The notes beneath the pieces were generated by a model. The model had not been told where the DNA came from. It searched no databases and was given only the letters and a program-made list of their open reading frames with translations. From the NCBI GenBank assembly GCA_963706955.1, contig CAVPOC010000006.1:313643-377642 (forward strand): DNA of 64,000 nucleotides, given 5' to 3'. This DNA is from an uncultured Verrucomicrobiae bacterium (GTDB taxonomy: Bacteria; Verrucomicrobiota; Verrucomicrobiia; Chthoniobacterales; Terrimicrobiaceae). The translations under genes were made by a program, and so were the position numbers. Position 1 is the stretch's first letter, and every line of letters starts with the position of its first letter. Below, piece by piece: positions 1 through 9,082 of this stretch.

Positions 1-450
1 GCTCAACTGTCCGGATTTGATCTCCTCGCTAATGGGGTACAACGCTGCGTCCAGACCCGAGCCGAGACATTCAAAGAACGGACGTCCATTGGCAAAGCCA
101 ACATCCACGGCTCTCACGTTGCCAGCGACGACAACTTTACAAGCTTCGATCGGATCCAAAGGCAGATCGAGGCTGCGGGCAAAGTTGTTGAACGTTCCGG
201 CAGGAATGATGCCGAGCGGGATTTGTGTGCCGACTACTTCCGCGGCGACGTTCTCAATGGTGCCGTCCCCACCGGCGACGCCGATCCAATCGCACTGATT
301 ATCTTTGGCGTCCCGCAGGATGGTGCTGGTGCTGCCAATTTCCTCGATGTCACGCGCGACAACATCTCCCAACGCCGCAACGATCTTGGGAAGGAGTGCA
401 GGGTCGAACGACCCCGCTTTTCGGCTGTAGACGAGGAAACCGCGAGACAT
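1..450 (-). CDS. Diacylglycerol/lipid kinase family protein (DAGK/YegS), 3' part outside the window
   Basis: Not in the ORF track. My translation of the minus strand from ATG 450: MSRGFLVYSRKAGS...WIGVAGGDGTIENV...LGIIPAGTFNNFARSL...VDVGFANGRPFF. GGDGT and PxGTxNxFAR are DAGK family motifs. Confidence 0.9.
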   Translation of the reverse strand, partial: MSRGFLVYSRKAGSFDPALLPKIVAALGDVVARDIEEIGSTSTILRDAKDNQCDWIGVAGGDGTIENVAAEVVGTQIPLGIIPAGTFNNFARSLDLPLDPIEACKVVVAGNVRAVDVGFANGRPFFECLGSGLDAALYPISEEIKSGQLS

Positions 451-565
451 TCATGAGCACTTCGCCAGTTCAAGACAAACGTCAATGGTCTTTCACGGAA
501 TTCCCCTGAAATCGGGATTGTGATCGCTGCGCTCCCGGCAGACGACGCACGGCGAGGCAGCGGCC

Positions 566-808
566 TTGGCGCCTTTTTCGAAAGATGCCGCTCGAAAGGC
601 CGGTCAAACCGGCGTCGTGATGCTGCGTCTCGATAAACAAAAAGGGGCGGGTAAGTGCCGTCAGCTCGTGAAGTCCTCCGGCCACGCGTTACTAGAAAAC
701 CGAGCGCGCGGGGCGGGTGCAGCGTTGGATTTTCGCCCAGCACGACGCGACGGCAGGAAAGTCGCCACACAGGTGGAGGTCCCCGTGCGTTTCAGCCTCG
801 ATCGCTGA
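566..808 (+). pseudogene. tonB: TonB C-terminal domain remnant
   Basis: ARKAGQTGVVMLRL...LVKSSGHALLE...FRPARRDGRKVATQVEVPVRFSL matches the TonB_C pattern. No N-terminal anchor or Pro-rich linker is visible. Confidence 0.65.
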
Positions 809-817
809 ACCCATGCC

Positions 818-1663
818 CTAGGCGCTAATGGGAGTACCCGGAATGCGCGGGGCGACCTGCCGCCTGACCCATTCGCCGGCCACGTCCAGCAGTGTCACCA
901 ACGCAAGAATGAAAAGGAGCACAGTGGCGAAGCGATCCCATTGGTAATATTCCTGATAAACATGGAGCAGGACTCCCACGCCGCCGGCACCCACATACCC
1001 GACGATTGAGGCGGACCGAATGTTGTACTCCAGCATCCAAAGGGAATAGCTCCAAATCAACGGACGCGTATTCGGCCAGAGACCATGTTGAAAAGCTTGG
1101 ATTCGCCCCGCACCGATGGCCCTCAAGCCGCGAGCGACTTCGAGGTCGACCGATTCGAAAGCGTCGCCGAAGAACTTTCCCAGGTAGCCGAGGCTATAGA
1201 AGCTGAGACCAAGCACCCCGGCCAGTGGATACGGACCAACCACGGCCACCGCGATCAGCGCCCAAATCAAACCCGGAATGGTGCGGATGCAATTCATGAT
1301 CATCCGCGAGATCACTACCAGCCAGCGCGGTGAAAGAGTTTGCGCCCCGGCGACAGCCAGCGGAAAAGCCAGCAAGATGGAAAAGAAGGTCGCCAAGACG
1401 GCAATCTGGATCGTTTCAATCAGCGCTTCGAGGATCTGACCCGACACGGAAAGGTCTGGGGGAAAGAAACGCTTTAGAAAGCGGACGAGATTCCCCGCAT
1501 GATCCAAGTCGCGCCCCGACCCTCGCATCGCCGGAAGCGAAAACGCTATCGCCAGCAGAAAAATAATCAGCGAAACAGACGTGATGTTGAGCCGGTGATG
1601 CCAGGGAAGGTCAGGGGACCTTGCAGGAGCGGCACTGCGGGCCTTACTGTCGGGCGGCGGCAT
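818..1663 (-). CDS. phnE: Phosphate/phosphite/phosphonate ABC transporter permease (PhnE/PtxC family)
   Basis: FFPPD, IETIQIAVLAT, IRTIPGLIWAL, LEYNIRSASIVGYVGAGGVG motifs; third gene of the operon. Confidence 0.9.
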   Translation of the reverse strand: MPPPDSKARSAAPARSPDLPWHHRLNITSVSLIIFLLAIAFSLPAMRGSGRDLDHAGNLVRFLKRFFPPDLSVSGQILEALIETIQIAVLATFFSILLAFPLAVAGAQTLSPRWLVVISRMIMNCIRTIPGLIWALIAVAVVGPYPLAGVLGLSFYSLGYLGKFFGDAFESVDLEVARGLRAIGAGRIQAFQHGLWPNTRPLIWSYSLWMLEYNIRSASIVGYVGAGGVGVLLHVYQEYYQWDRFATVLLFILALVTLLDVAGEWVRRQVAPRIPGTPISA

Positions 1664-2378
1664 TGTCCCGGCCAGCTCTTGCCGCCCGAAATGTCCATTC
1701 TTGCGGCTGAGCCGGATTTAAAGTGAGTACGAGATCCGCGAATCGCTCGACGAGCTCCGGGTCGTGGAGCACACAGACTACCGTGCGAGATTCTTGACGT
1801 GTTTGCGCCTGAAGGATCTGGAGGACCCGGAATGTGAGGTCTGGATCAAGGTTTGAAACCGGCTCGTCGGCAAGGAACATCTCCGGCTCTTGAAAAAGCG
1901 CACGGGCAAGTGCAGCCCTTTGCTGCTCACCGCCGGAAACTTCGAATGCACGGCGATGCACGTCCGCACCAAGATCGAGGGTGCTGAGAGTTGCAAAGGC
2001 TTCGGCCTGATCGGTGCGCGGGAAGCCGGCGAGCGTGCGCCACCAGGGATATCTGCCCAGCCGGCCGCACAGCACATTATGAAGAAGCGTTCCATTGCCA
2101 ATGAGGAGAAAATCTTGGAATACGATCCCCAGGCGCTTACGAAAGGCGCGTGGCGAGTGATGGCAACCGTGTGCACAGCGGAAGACGACTTGGCCCTCCG
2201 AAGGTTCGAGCGTTCCAGCGAGGCATCCCAGAAGACTGGTTTTTCCTGCGCCGGATGGACCAACAATGGCGATGAATTTTCCGCGCGGCACCTCGATATC
2301 AATCCCGCGAAACAACCATCGCCCGCGCCTCTCCAAACCCAACCCCCGAAGGGTCACCTGTTCCGAAGGCAACATCAC
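1644..2378 (-). CDS. phnC: ABC transporter ATP-binding protein (PhnC family)
   Basis: Walker A GPSGAGKT, NVLCGRLG, VSGGEQQR, LADEPVSNLDP; overlaps both neighbours. Confidence 0.9.
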   Translation of the reverse strand: MMLPSEQVTLRGLGLERRGRWLFRGIDIEVPRGKFIAIVGPSGAGKTSLLGCLAGTLEPSEGQVVFRCAHGCHHSPRAFRKRLGIVFQDFLLIGNGTLLHNVLCGRLGRYPWWRTLAGFPRTDQAEAFATLSTLDLGADVHRRAFEVSGGEQQRAALARALFQEPEMFLADEPVSNLDPDLTFRVLQILQAQTRQESRTVVCVLHDPELVERFADLVLTLNPAQPQEWTFRAARAGRDNAAARQ

Positions 2379-3265
2379 TCGCTGCCGCGTTTGGCGAGCG
2401 CGACAGATTCTTTCAGCGAGCCAAGGTGTGTGGCGGAGTCCACCTCCACCAAGCGAGAAGTGAAGACCCGATCGCGAAGTTCCGGGTTTTCGTAGTCCAT
2501 GGCAAGTAGCGCGGCACGCAGAGCCGTGCGGTCCGCATCCGAAATCGATGAGCGAACGGCGATGACATGGGTAGGCACAGGGCCTTGTTCCGTGAGTCGA
2601 CGCAGCTTTTGGCGCTGCGCAGGGGTGAGATGCTTGTCCTTGTCCAGAACATAATAGCTGACTGCGGCCGCCTCGGCATCACCGTTGAGCACGCGTTCCA
2701 CCGCAGAGACATACCCGGAACCAAACCAGACATTTCCTTCGCCGAAGAATTCTTCCGCTTTACCCGAATCCGAAATCAAATTCTTCTGACGCAGGTCCCA
2801 CAGCGGGATGACGTAGCCCGAGGTGCTCGTCTTGCCCGAGAATGCAATCGACTTGCCTCTCAGATCTTCGATGGAACGGTACGGCTTTTCCTTCAGAGTC
2901 ACCCAGTAGCTCTTATAGGAAGTCTTGCCGTCGATCTCGCCTGCGAGCAGCAAAGTCGCCGTTTGCTCGTTCAGCGCGTTGAGCATATCCGTAGCGGCCA
3001 GATAGGCTAGATCAATAGTCCCATTACCCAACCCTTCCAGGATGACCGCAGACGAAAGCGGGACGATGACTTCGACCGGCTTGCCCAATTGCTTGGAAAG
3101 GTACTTCGACAGTTGGGCGCGCTCGGCGATTATTGCTTCGGGATCCTTGTCAGGTTTCAGGGCGACAACGATCTTCGAAAGTGTGATCGGGGCGCCCACT
3201 GATATCTGAGCCACCGTCCCCAACAGCGCCAAGACTGCCATTGTTAACTTCGTGGAGGGTTTCAT
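2375..3265 (-). CDS. phnD: PhnD/PtxB-family periplasmic substrate-binding protein
   Basis: Signal peptide; SIEDLRGKSIAF, TSTSGYVIP, GDAEAAAV motifs. Confidence 0.85.
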   Translation of the reverse strand: MKPSTKLTMAVLALLGTVAQISVGAPITLSKIVVALKPDKDPEAIIAERAQLSKYLSKQLGKPVEVIVPLSSAVILEGLGNGTIDLAYLAATDMLNALNEQTATLLLAGEIDGKTSYKSYWVTLKEKPYRSIEDLRGKSIAFSGKTSTSGYVIPLWDLRQKNLISDSGKAEEFFGEGNVWFGSGYVSAVERVLNGDAEAAAVSYYVLDKDKHLTPAQRQKLRRLTEQGPVPTHVIAVRSSISDADRTALRAALLAMDYENPELRDRVFTSRLVEVDSATHLGSLKESVALAKRGSE

Positions 3266-3284
3266 ATGCCTTCAGCGTATTCCT

Positions 3285-3307
3285 ACTGAGACCCAATCTC
3301 ATTTCAA
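3285..3307 (-). promoter_or_regulatory. Palindromic operator (TGAGA-N5-TCTCA, Fur-box-like) inside the putative phnD promoter
   Basis: The minus strand reads TTGAAA-TGAGATTGGGTCTCAG-TAGGAAT about 20-40 nt upstream of the ATG at 3265. Confidence 0.45.
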
Positions 3308-3379
3308 GTCCGCTTTTTTGATTCGGTCAGCAGAGCTAGGCGCCGTCTCGAGAGGAATGCAGCGAAGACCTGGTCAACC

Positions 3380-3830
3380 TCGCGACGATGTATCGGGACC
3401 GCGCCGAATTCACCGATGTTATGTGCGAAACTCAGCGCAATCCCGCGCCCACACTCGCCCCGCGATGGGAAGCGGTAAATACCCCGAACACCCGCAGGAA
3501 GTTGGCTCCGGAAATACGCTCAACCTCAATTGAGGTATGTGCAACCGCCTTGAGAGCGGCTTGAAAAGGTCGCATGGCGAATGGGAGACTGTAGATGATT
3601 GAACGCACCAGGAGTCCGCTTAAACTGAAGACCAGAGTATGGCCCGTTGGCGCGATGTGCCCAACGGGTTTGTGACCGAAAAGGCGTGATCCGGAACTTC
3701 GATCCAGCGAGCTTTGGAACTAAGGCTAAGAGAAGGACAATGGATCAGGCGACAATTTCGGCGTCAGCATTGCCGGTCTCCACGAAGTGTGCCACTTGGC
3801 GCGGACCGTCTGCCCGCAAATTGTCGTCAT
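3380..3830 (-). pseudogene. modB: Molybdate ABC permease remnant
   Basis: Manual translation gives TLVFSLSGLLVRSIIYSLPFAMRPFQAALKAV...ERISGANFLRVF and, after a frameshift, ALSFAHNIGEFGAV (ModB SFAHTxGEFG signature). Internal stops are present; ends are approximate. Confidence 0.75.
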
Positions 3831-4085
3831 CGCCAGCAGAATGATCAAAAAACGGCCGAGGCCGCGCTCCTTATATCTGGAGATATGTGACACAGCCAGA
3901 ACTCTCGAACGTGCGGCGCAAAGCTCTCGAAGCTTTCTGAAGACCTGCAGGCTAATCTCTCGCTGGTGCTCGCATCGAATACCAACTTGAATACAAGTAG
4001 AGTGGGGGGACTCGATGCGAACCGGGAACGGCGAACTCCCCAAGTTGCGAACAATCTTTCTTCTGGGGTTCTCATTAGCTAGTGG

Positions 4086-6299
4086 TTGCGAATGAGGACA
4101 GACTCTGAGGGCGCGTCGTCTAGGCCTGCGCCGCTTTCGATCCTGCCGGTTCTTGTCGGAGGAGTTCTAGGGATCGTGCTCGGAATTGTCGTGGGGGACT
4201 ACGCCCGCTTCCTTCGACCCATCGGGCAACTCTATGTCATGCTTCTGGAAATAGCGGTTTATCCTTACTTGATTTGTTCGCTGCTCCACGGACTTGGAAG
4301 TATGTCGCCAAGCCAGGCCTGGAAGCTCTTCTTCTCTGGCTGGAGGTTCTACGTTGCGCTCTGGATAATCACTTTCGGAGTATTGATCGTGCTCGCGCAA
4401 GGCATCCCGCAAGCTCTTTCGACGAGTTGGGTAGCTGATCGAGCGGCGCGCACGACGCCGGGCTTGCTCGAGATTCTTATTCCGAGCGACCCGTTTACCG
4501 CCTTAGCACGAAACTATGTGCCGGCCGTTGTCCTCTTCTGCCTGCTGTATGGTGTCGCTCTGCAACACGTTCAGGAAAAAACGGCGCTCCTGGCGGTGCT
4601 GGAGGGAATTCGCCTGGCCAGCTTGAAATTTTGGAACGCTGTTGTGCGGTTCGCGCCGTTGGCGGTCTTCGCACTTTTCGCCGACCTCGCCGGGACGCTA
4701 AGACCCAAAGATGTCGAGGAGGTCTCCCTTTTCTTTTTTCTGTTTTTCTCCGGGAGCTTTCTCTTGGCGTTTTGGATTATCCCAACGTGCATCTCGGCGT
4801 TCACACCTTTTCGCTACCACGAAGTTCTGCGAGATCTCCGTTCGGCGTTCTTGATCGCTGTCGCGACGACCCTATCGGTCTCCGCCCTGCCTTATATCTC
4901 GTCGGCGACGCAGCGTCTGGCTAAGCTGTGCGGAATTGAAGATCCTGAGTGTGGAGAAATTGTCCGAACGAATATCTCGGTCGCGTACCCGTTGGGCCAA
5001 CTCGGCAACTTCTTCATCTACCTCTTCGTTGTCTTCGCCCTTTTTTACCATGGCGTCGTGGCTGGGCCGCTGGAGATTTCCCTGCTGCCGCTGGTCTCTC
5101 TATTGTCGGGCGTAGGCTCGCCGACCTCTTCCGTCGATGCGGTGAGCTTCTTATCGGAGTGGCTTGGACTGCCAAATCAGACCACCTCGCTTTATGTGAG
5201 TCTCATGACGTTGACCCGCTATGGCCAGGTCATCGCCTCGGTGGCGGGTTTTGCTTTTCTCAGTTTCGGAGTCGTTCTGGCTTACTACGGGAAAATTCAG
5301 ATGCGATGGAGCCGAGTCCTTGTCTCCCTTCTGGTGGCACTCTGCGCTCTCGCTTCATTTGTCTTTGTCGCTCGCCGATTTGATGACTGGGTGCTGAATC
5401 GCTCCACCAATCCCTACCTCGACTTTGCTTTAGAGCCCGCGGTGACCTCCGGAATACCGGTGACGTTTGGCACCGTTGAATCCACCCAGCCGCTGCCGAA
5501 AAATTTAGCCGTTCTTGCGCGAATTCAGCGGGACGGCGAGTTGCGGGTTGGCTTTAACGAAGGCATCATTCCCTTCAGTTATCGGAATTCTGCAGGGGAG
5601 TTGGTTGGCTACGACATTGCCTTTGCCTATCAGCTCGCGCGCGATCTCAATGTGCGGCTCCGCTTCATTCCTTTCCAGTGGCCTGATCTGGCCCAAAACC
5701 TCACCGAAGGGCGATTCGATATTGCCATGGCGGGCATCTATGTCACCGAGGACCGGCTCCTGGCATTTGAGGCCTCCCGCCCATATTTTCAGAGTCCTCT
5801 GGCTCTTTTCATGCCGCGCGATCGGGCGGAGGCTTTTACCAGCCGGACAAAGATCCTGGAGCGCGAGGCTCTCAAGATCGGTGTATTCAACGATCCGGTG
5901 CTCATACCAAGGCTCGCACGCACTTTCCCGAACGCTGAGATCGTCGTGGTTCCGGGTTATCAGCGCATCCCCGATTTTTCCAAAATTGACGCCGCCATAT
6001 GGACGCTCGTGCAGGCTGAGTCGCTCGCGGCGGCTCACCCGGGCCTCATCGCCGTTGTTCCGAGGGATGCAGGCAACCCGTACCTGCTCGCTTATCTGAT
6101 GCCGCCCGGCGCGGACGAATTTGAGAATTTTGTGAACTATTGGCTCGATCTCAAACGGGCCGACGGGTTCGAGAAAGGGCAACGCGCGTACTGGATTGAT
6201 CGAGTGCCCCCTGACAGCCGAGCGCCACGATGGTCTATTCTGGGGGACGTCTTCGGATTTGGAGTATCACAGTCTAAGGATTCAGCGGGAAAAAACTGA
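4086..6299 (+). CDS. Dicarboxylate/amino acid:cation symporter (DAACS) fused to a C-terminal family-3 substrate-binding domain
   Basis: N-terminal ~420 aa is a multi-TM DAACS-like region (PIGQLYVMLL, NYVPAVVLF, FAPLAVFAL). The C-terminus has GELRVGF..PFSY...LVGYDIAFAYQLARDL (SBP_bac_3-like). Confidence 0.85.
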   Translation: MRMRTDSEGASSRPAPLSILPVLVGGVLGIVLGIVVGDYARFLRPIGQLYVMLLEIAVYPYLICSLLHGLGSMSPSQAWKLFFSGWRFYVALWIITFGVLIVLAQGIPQALSTSWVADRAARTTPGLLEILIPSDPFTALARNYVPAVVLFCLLYGVALQHVQEKTALLAVLEGIRLASLKFWNAVVRFAPLAVFALFADLAGTLRPKDVEEVSLFFFLFFSGSFLLAFWIIPTCISAFTPFRYHEVLRDLRSAFLIAVATTLSVSALPYISSATQRLAKLCGIEDPECGEIVRTNISVAYPLGQLGNFFIYLFVVFALFYHGVVAGPLEISLLPLVSLLSGVGSPTSSVDAVSFLSEWLGLPNQTTSLYVSLMTLTRYGQVIASVAGFAFLSFGVVLAYYGKIQMRWSRVLVSLLVALCALASFVFVARRFDDWVLNRSTNPYLDFALEPAVTSGIPVTFGTVESTQPLPKNLAVLARIQRDGELRVGFNEGIIPFSYRNSAGELVGYDIAFAYQLARDLNVRLRFIPFQWPDLAQNLTEGRFDIAMAGIYVTEDRLLAFEASRPYFQSPLALFMPRDRAEAFTSRTKILEREALKIGVFNDPVLIPRLARTFPNAEIVVVPGYQRIPDFSKIDAAIWTLVQAESLAAAHPGLIAVVPRDAGNPYLLAYLMPPGADEFENFVNYWLDLKRADGFEKGQRAYWIDRVPPDSRAPRWSILGDVFGFGVSQSKDSAGKN

Positions 6300-6399
6300 G
6301 AATGGGTCGCGTGGTGACCCTCGCCTAGGAGACGCGTCGGCGTCGCTGAGATGACGTTCTGGTTTGACTCCCCCGGCAGCCGCGCGTCAGAATACTCCC

Positions 6400-8130
6400 A
6401 TGGGCACCCGAGCTCCCACGCGTGGAATGCCATGGGGACGCGTCTCCCGGTGGATCTTTATCGGGGCAGGTGCCGCGATTGCCATTAGTCTCGTTAGTAT
6501 CCTGAGCGTTCGCGGGTATCGAGGCTGGCGCGTGGAAAAGGAACTAAGCGCGGCGCAGACCTATCTCCAGCAGCGGGATACTAAAAATGCGCTTCTTAGC
6601 TTTAAAAGAGCGGTCCTGCTCCGTCCCGATAATCTGGAAGCTCGCCGCGCTTTGGCTTCGCTCCTCGAAGAGACCGCTTCCTCGGAAGCGCTCATCCACC
6701 GGCAAAAGCTTATAGATTTACAGCCGCAGCTCCTGGAGCCGAAACTAGCTTACGTCCGCAGTGCGCTAAGGCTGGGACATCTTCAGCAAGCCTCCAAGAC
6801 TCTGAAATCGATCAAAGGTTCGCTCCGCAAGACGCCCGAGTTCATGGAGCTTCAGGCCGAGCTGCAACTGAAACGCAATCGCCCGGATGGCGCGCTCGAA
6901 ATCTATCGCGAGCTCATCGACTTGCGGCCGAAGGATGAGCGCACGCGGGTGAAGCTGACGGCGCTTGAGCTGCGGAACGGTTCCGAACGCGACCAGGCAA
7001 CTGCTCGTGCGGCTTTGGAGTCGCGGGTAACAGACCAGGAATTCGGCTTGCTGGCGCTGCGCGCCTTGTCCGAAGATGCCTTGCAGCGAAGCGAGTTCGA
7101 GGCGGCTCTAGCGTGGTCCAAGCGGGCTTGCGAAATGCCGCTTTCCGAAGTTTCAGACCGGCTCCTGCATTTGCAGGCGCTTTTTGCGGCCAAATCGCCG
7201 TCATTCGATAGTTGGCTTGCCGACCTCGAAAGAATCGCGCTGGAAAATACGCCCTTCGCTCTGGAGGTGGCGAAATGGAAAATGAATGTTCTGGGACCTG
7301 AAGCGGCTTCGAGGTGGCTGGAGCGCCTGCCGCCCAACACGCGCGAAGATCTTGGAGTATGCGCGTTCCTCGCAGATTGCTACAGCGCGCTGCAGCGTTG
7401 GGAGGATCTGGAGTCGTTGGTTGGTAGAACCGCGTGGCGCGAACGTGAGCCCCTTCGGCTTGGTTTGCTCGCTCGCGCTCAAGCCGGCCTCGGAAATGTC
7501 CGAAGATCCGACCGCACCTGGCAGCTCGCATTGCAGGAAGCCCAAACATACCCTGCGCAACTGCCTTCGATTCTGGCGATGGCAAGAACGGACAAGCGCG
7601 ATGTGCGTCAAGTGTTGTGGATGATTGCGGAGCGCGAACCGGATAACCTCGCGGCGCGGCAGGAACTCTATCAGGCCTATTGGCAAGAGCGCAATGCAGA
7701 CGGGATGCTTCGAATGATGGAGCTTGTTCTCAAAGAGCGACCAGATGATCGTGCCGCGAAATACAACGTGGCGGCTTTGCTATTCGCTACGAGACGCGGA
7801 ATCGATCGCGCCGCCCTCCTCGCAAAAGAGCTCTACGAGGATGATCCAGTTAGCGTGGGCAACGCTGTTATCCACGGCTTTGGCATTCACCTGCAGGGTG
7901 ATTCCCGCAAGGCTGCCGCTCTTCTCGACGGCAGGGATGATTTGCACAAGCTGGGAAATGACGGAGCGGCCTACTATTCGCTCATTCTCGCAGGGTGCGG
8001 GCGTGACGAGGACGCCCGGCGTGTCCTCTCGCCCGTCGACCGCGAGGCACTATTGCCTGCTTTGCGCAACTCAATTGATCACACCTTCGGAGTGCCTCTG
8101 AACAATGCAGTGACCCACCAACCTGATTAA
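6400..8130 (+). CDS. Membrane-anchored tetratricopeptide repeat protein
   Basis: N-terminal TM helix followed by helical repeats (ALLSFKRAVLLRPDNLEARRALA; ALEIYRELIDLRP). The start is uncertain (6400 or 6427). Confidence 0.75.
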   Translation: MGTRAPTRGMPWGRVSRWIFIGAGAAIAISLVSILSVRGYRGWRVEKELSAAQTYLQQRDTKNALLSFKRAVLLRPDNLEARRALASLLEETASSEALIHRQKLIDLQPQLLEPKLAYVRSALRLGHLQQASKTLKSIKGSLRKTPEFMELQAELQLKRNRPDGALEIYRELIDLRPKDERTRVKLTALELRNGSERDQATARAALESRVTDQEFGLLALRALSEDALQRSEFEAALAWSKRACEMPLSEVSDRLLHLQALFAAKSPSFDSWLADLERIALENTPFALEVAKWKMNVLGPEAASRWLERLPPNTREDLGVCAFLADCYSALQRWEDLESLVGRTAWREREPLRLGLLARAQAGLGNVRRSDRTWQLALQEAQTYPAQLPSILAMARTDKRDVRQVLWMIAEREPDNLAARQELYQAYWQERNADGMLRMMELVLKERPDDRAAKYNVAALLFATRRGIDRAALLAKELYEDDPVSVGNAVIHGFGIHLQGDSRKAAALLDGRDDLHKLGNDGAAYYSLILAGCGRDEDARRVLSPVDREALLPALRNSIDHTFGVPLNNAVTHQPD

Positions 8131-8386
8131 GACCCTCCGCGAGCCGCGCTAGGTCATGGGAAGATTTTCCAGCTCAGGGTTTCGTCCGTTCGAGACCAGA
8201 TGCCCGCACGGAGGAGAGGTAACCGATCATCGGATAACGAGGGTTGAAGGTTTTACCGCCCAGGCAAACGAACGCTGGGCCCGTGATCGATTTCAGCCGA
8301 GGAACGCCGTGCTCTCCGAGGCAGTTGACAGGAATTCTGTAAATGCGGAGACTCAATTTTTCGAAACTGACGCTGGCCGCCGAATC

Positions 8387-9082
8387 GTGCGCAACACTCT
8401 CATAGCTCTTACGCTCCTTGGTTTGGCTGCTTGCAAGCGTCCGTCGCCTCCCGTTACGACGCCTGCTCCAGCACCGGAACAGGCGCCTGTGTCGACAGCA
8501 GAGCAACAGCCCGGTGACGGTTATGCCGGCGTTCCGGAATCTTCTCCGAACTCTGCTTCGCCGAATCCCGCACCAGAACCCGCCGGCAGCGTCCAAGCTC
8601 CCGAGCAGATCAATATGGATGCCGCCGATGTTGAAAATCAGCTTGTCAAAACCGAAGTGCTGGCGCGCATCGATCTAATGCCGCGGCTGGCCCCCGAGGA
8701 AAAAGACAAGCTCTACGTGCAGGTGGAACGCGCCCGCGGGATGGGCAAAATTATCACCATCCCTTTTGCGACCGGCAAGGTGAACGTCGGCGCCGCCGAG
8801 GTGGCCGCCCTTCAGGAGAAGCTGAAGCTACCGCAAATCCAAAAATTCGCTGACGATCCGACAGTCGTTTTTGTGGTCCTCGGTTTCGCTGACACGGCAG
8901 GAGATCCGCAGAAGAACGTGGCGATATCCTTGCAACGAGCTGACAACGTGGTCAAGGTCTTGAAGGAGCGCGCCGCCATCATGAACGTCGTTCATGCGGT
9001 TGGCATGGGGAGCTCAGACCTGTTCGACGCTAAGAATCTGGAGAAGAACCGGGTGGTGGAAGTCTGGGCGGTGCTGCCTTGA
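8387..9082 (+). CDS. OmpA-family lipoprotein with Pro-rich linker
   Basis: Probable GTG start at 8387 (VRNTLIALTLLGLAAC, lipobox LAAC). C-terminus has GFADTAG...NVAISLQRADNV...NRVVEV (OmpA_C-like). Confidence 0.8.
   Translation: MRNTLIALTLLGLAACKRPSPPVTTPAPAPEQAPVSTAEQQPGDGYAGVPESSPNSASPNPAPEPAGSVQAPEQINMDAADVENQLVKTEVLARIDLMPRLAPEEKDKLYVQVERARGMGKIITIPFATGKVNVGAAEVAALQEKLKLPQIQKFADDPTVVFVVLGFADTAGDPQKNVAISLQRADNVVKVLKERAAIMNVVHAVGMGSSDLFDAKNLEKNRVVEVWAVLP

Noticed and set aside
8156..8386. N-terminal 77 aa of the OmpA ORF
   Set aside because: A lipoprotein signal peptide begins at GTG 8387, so the upstream part is probably not translated.
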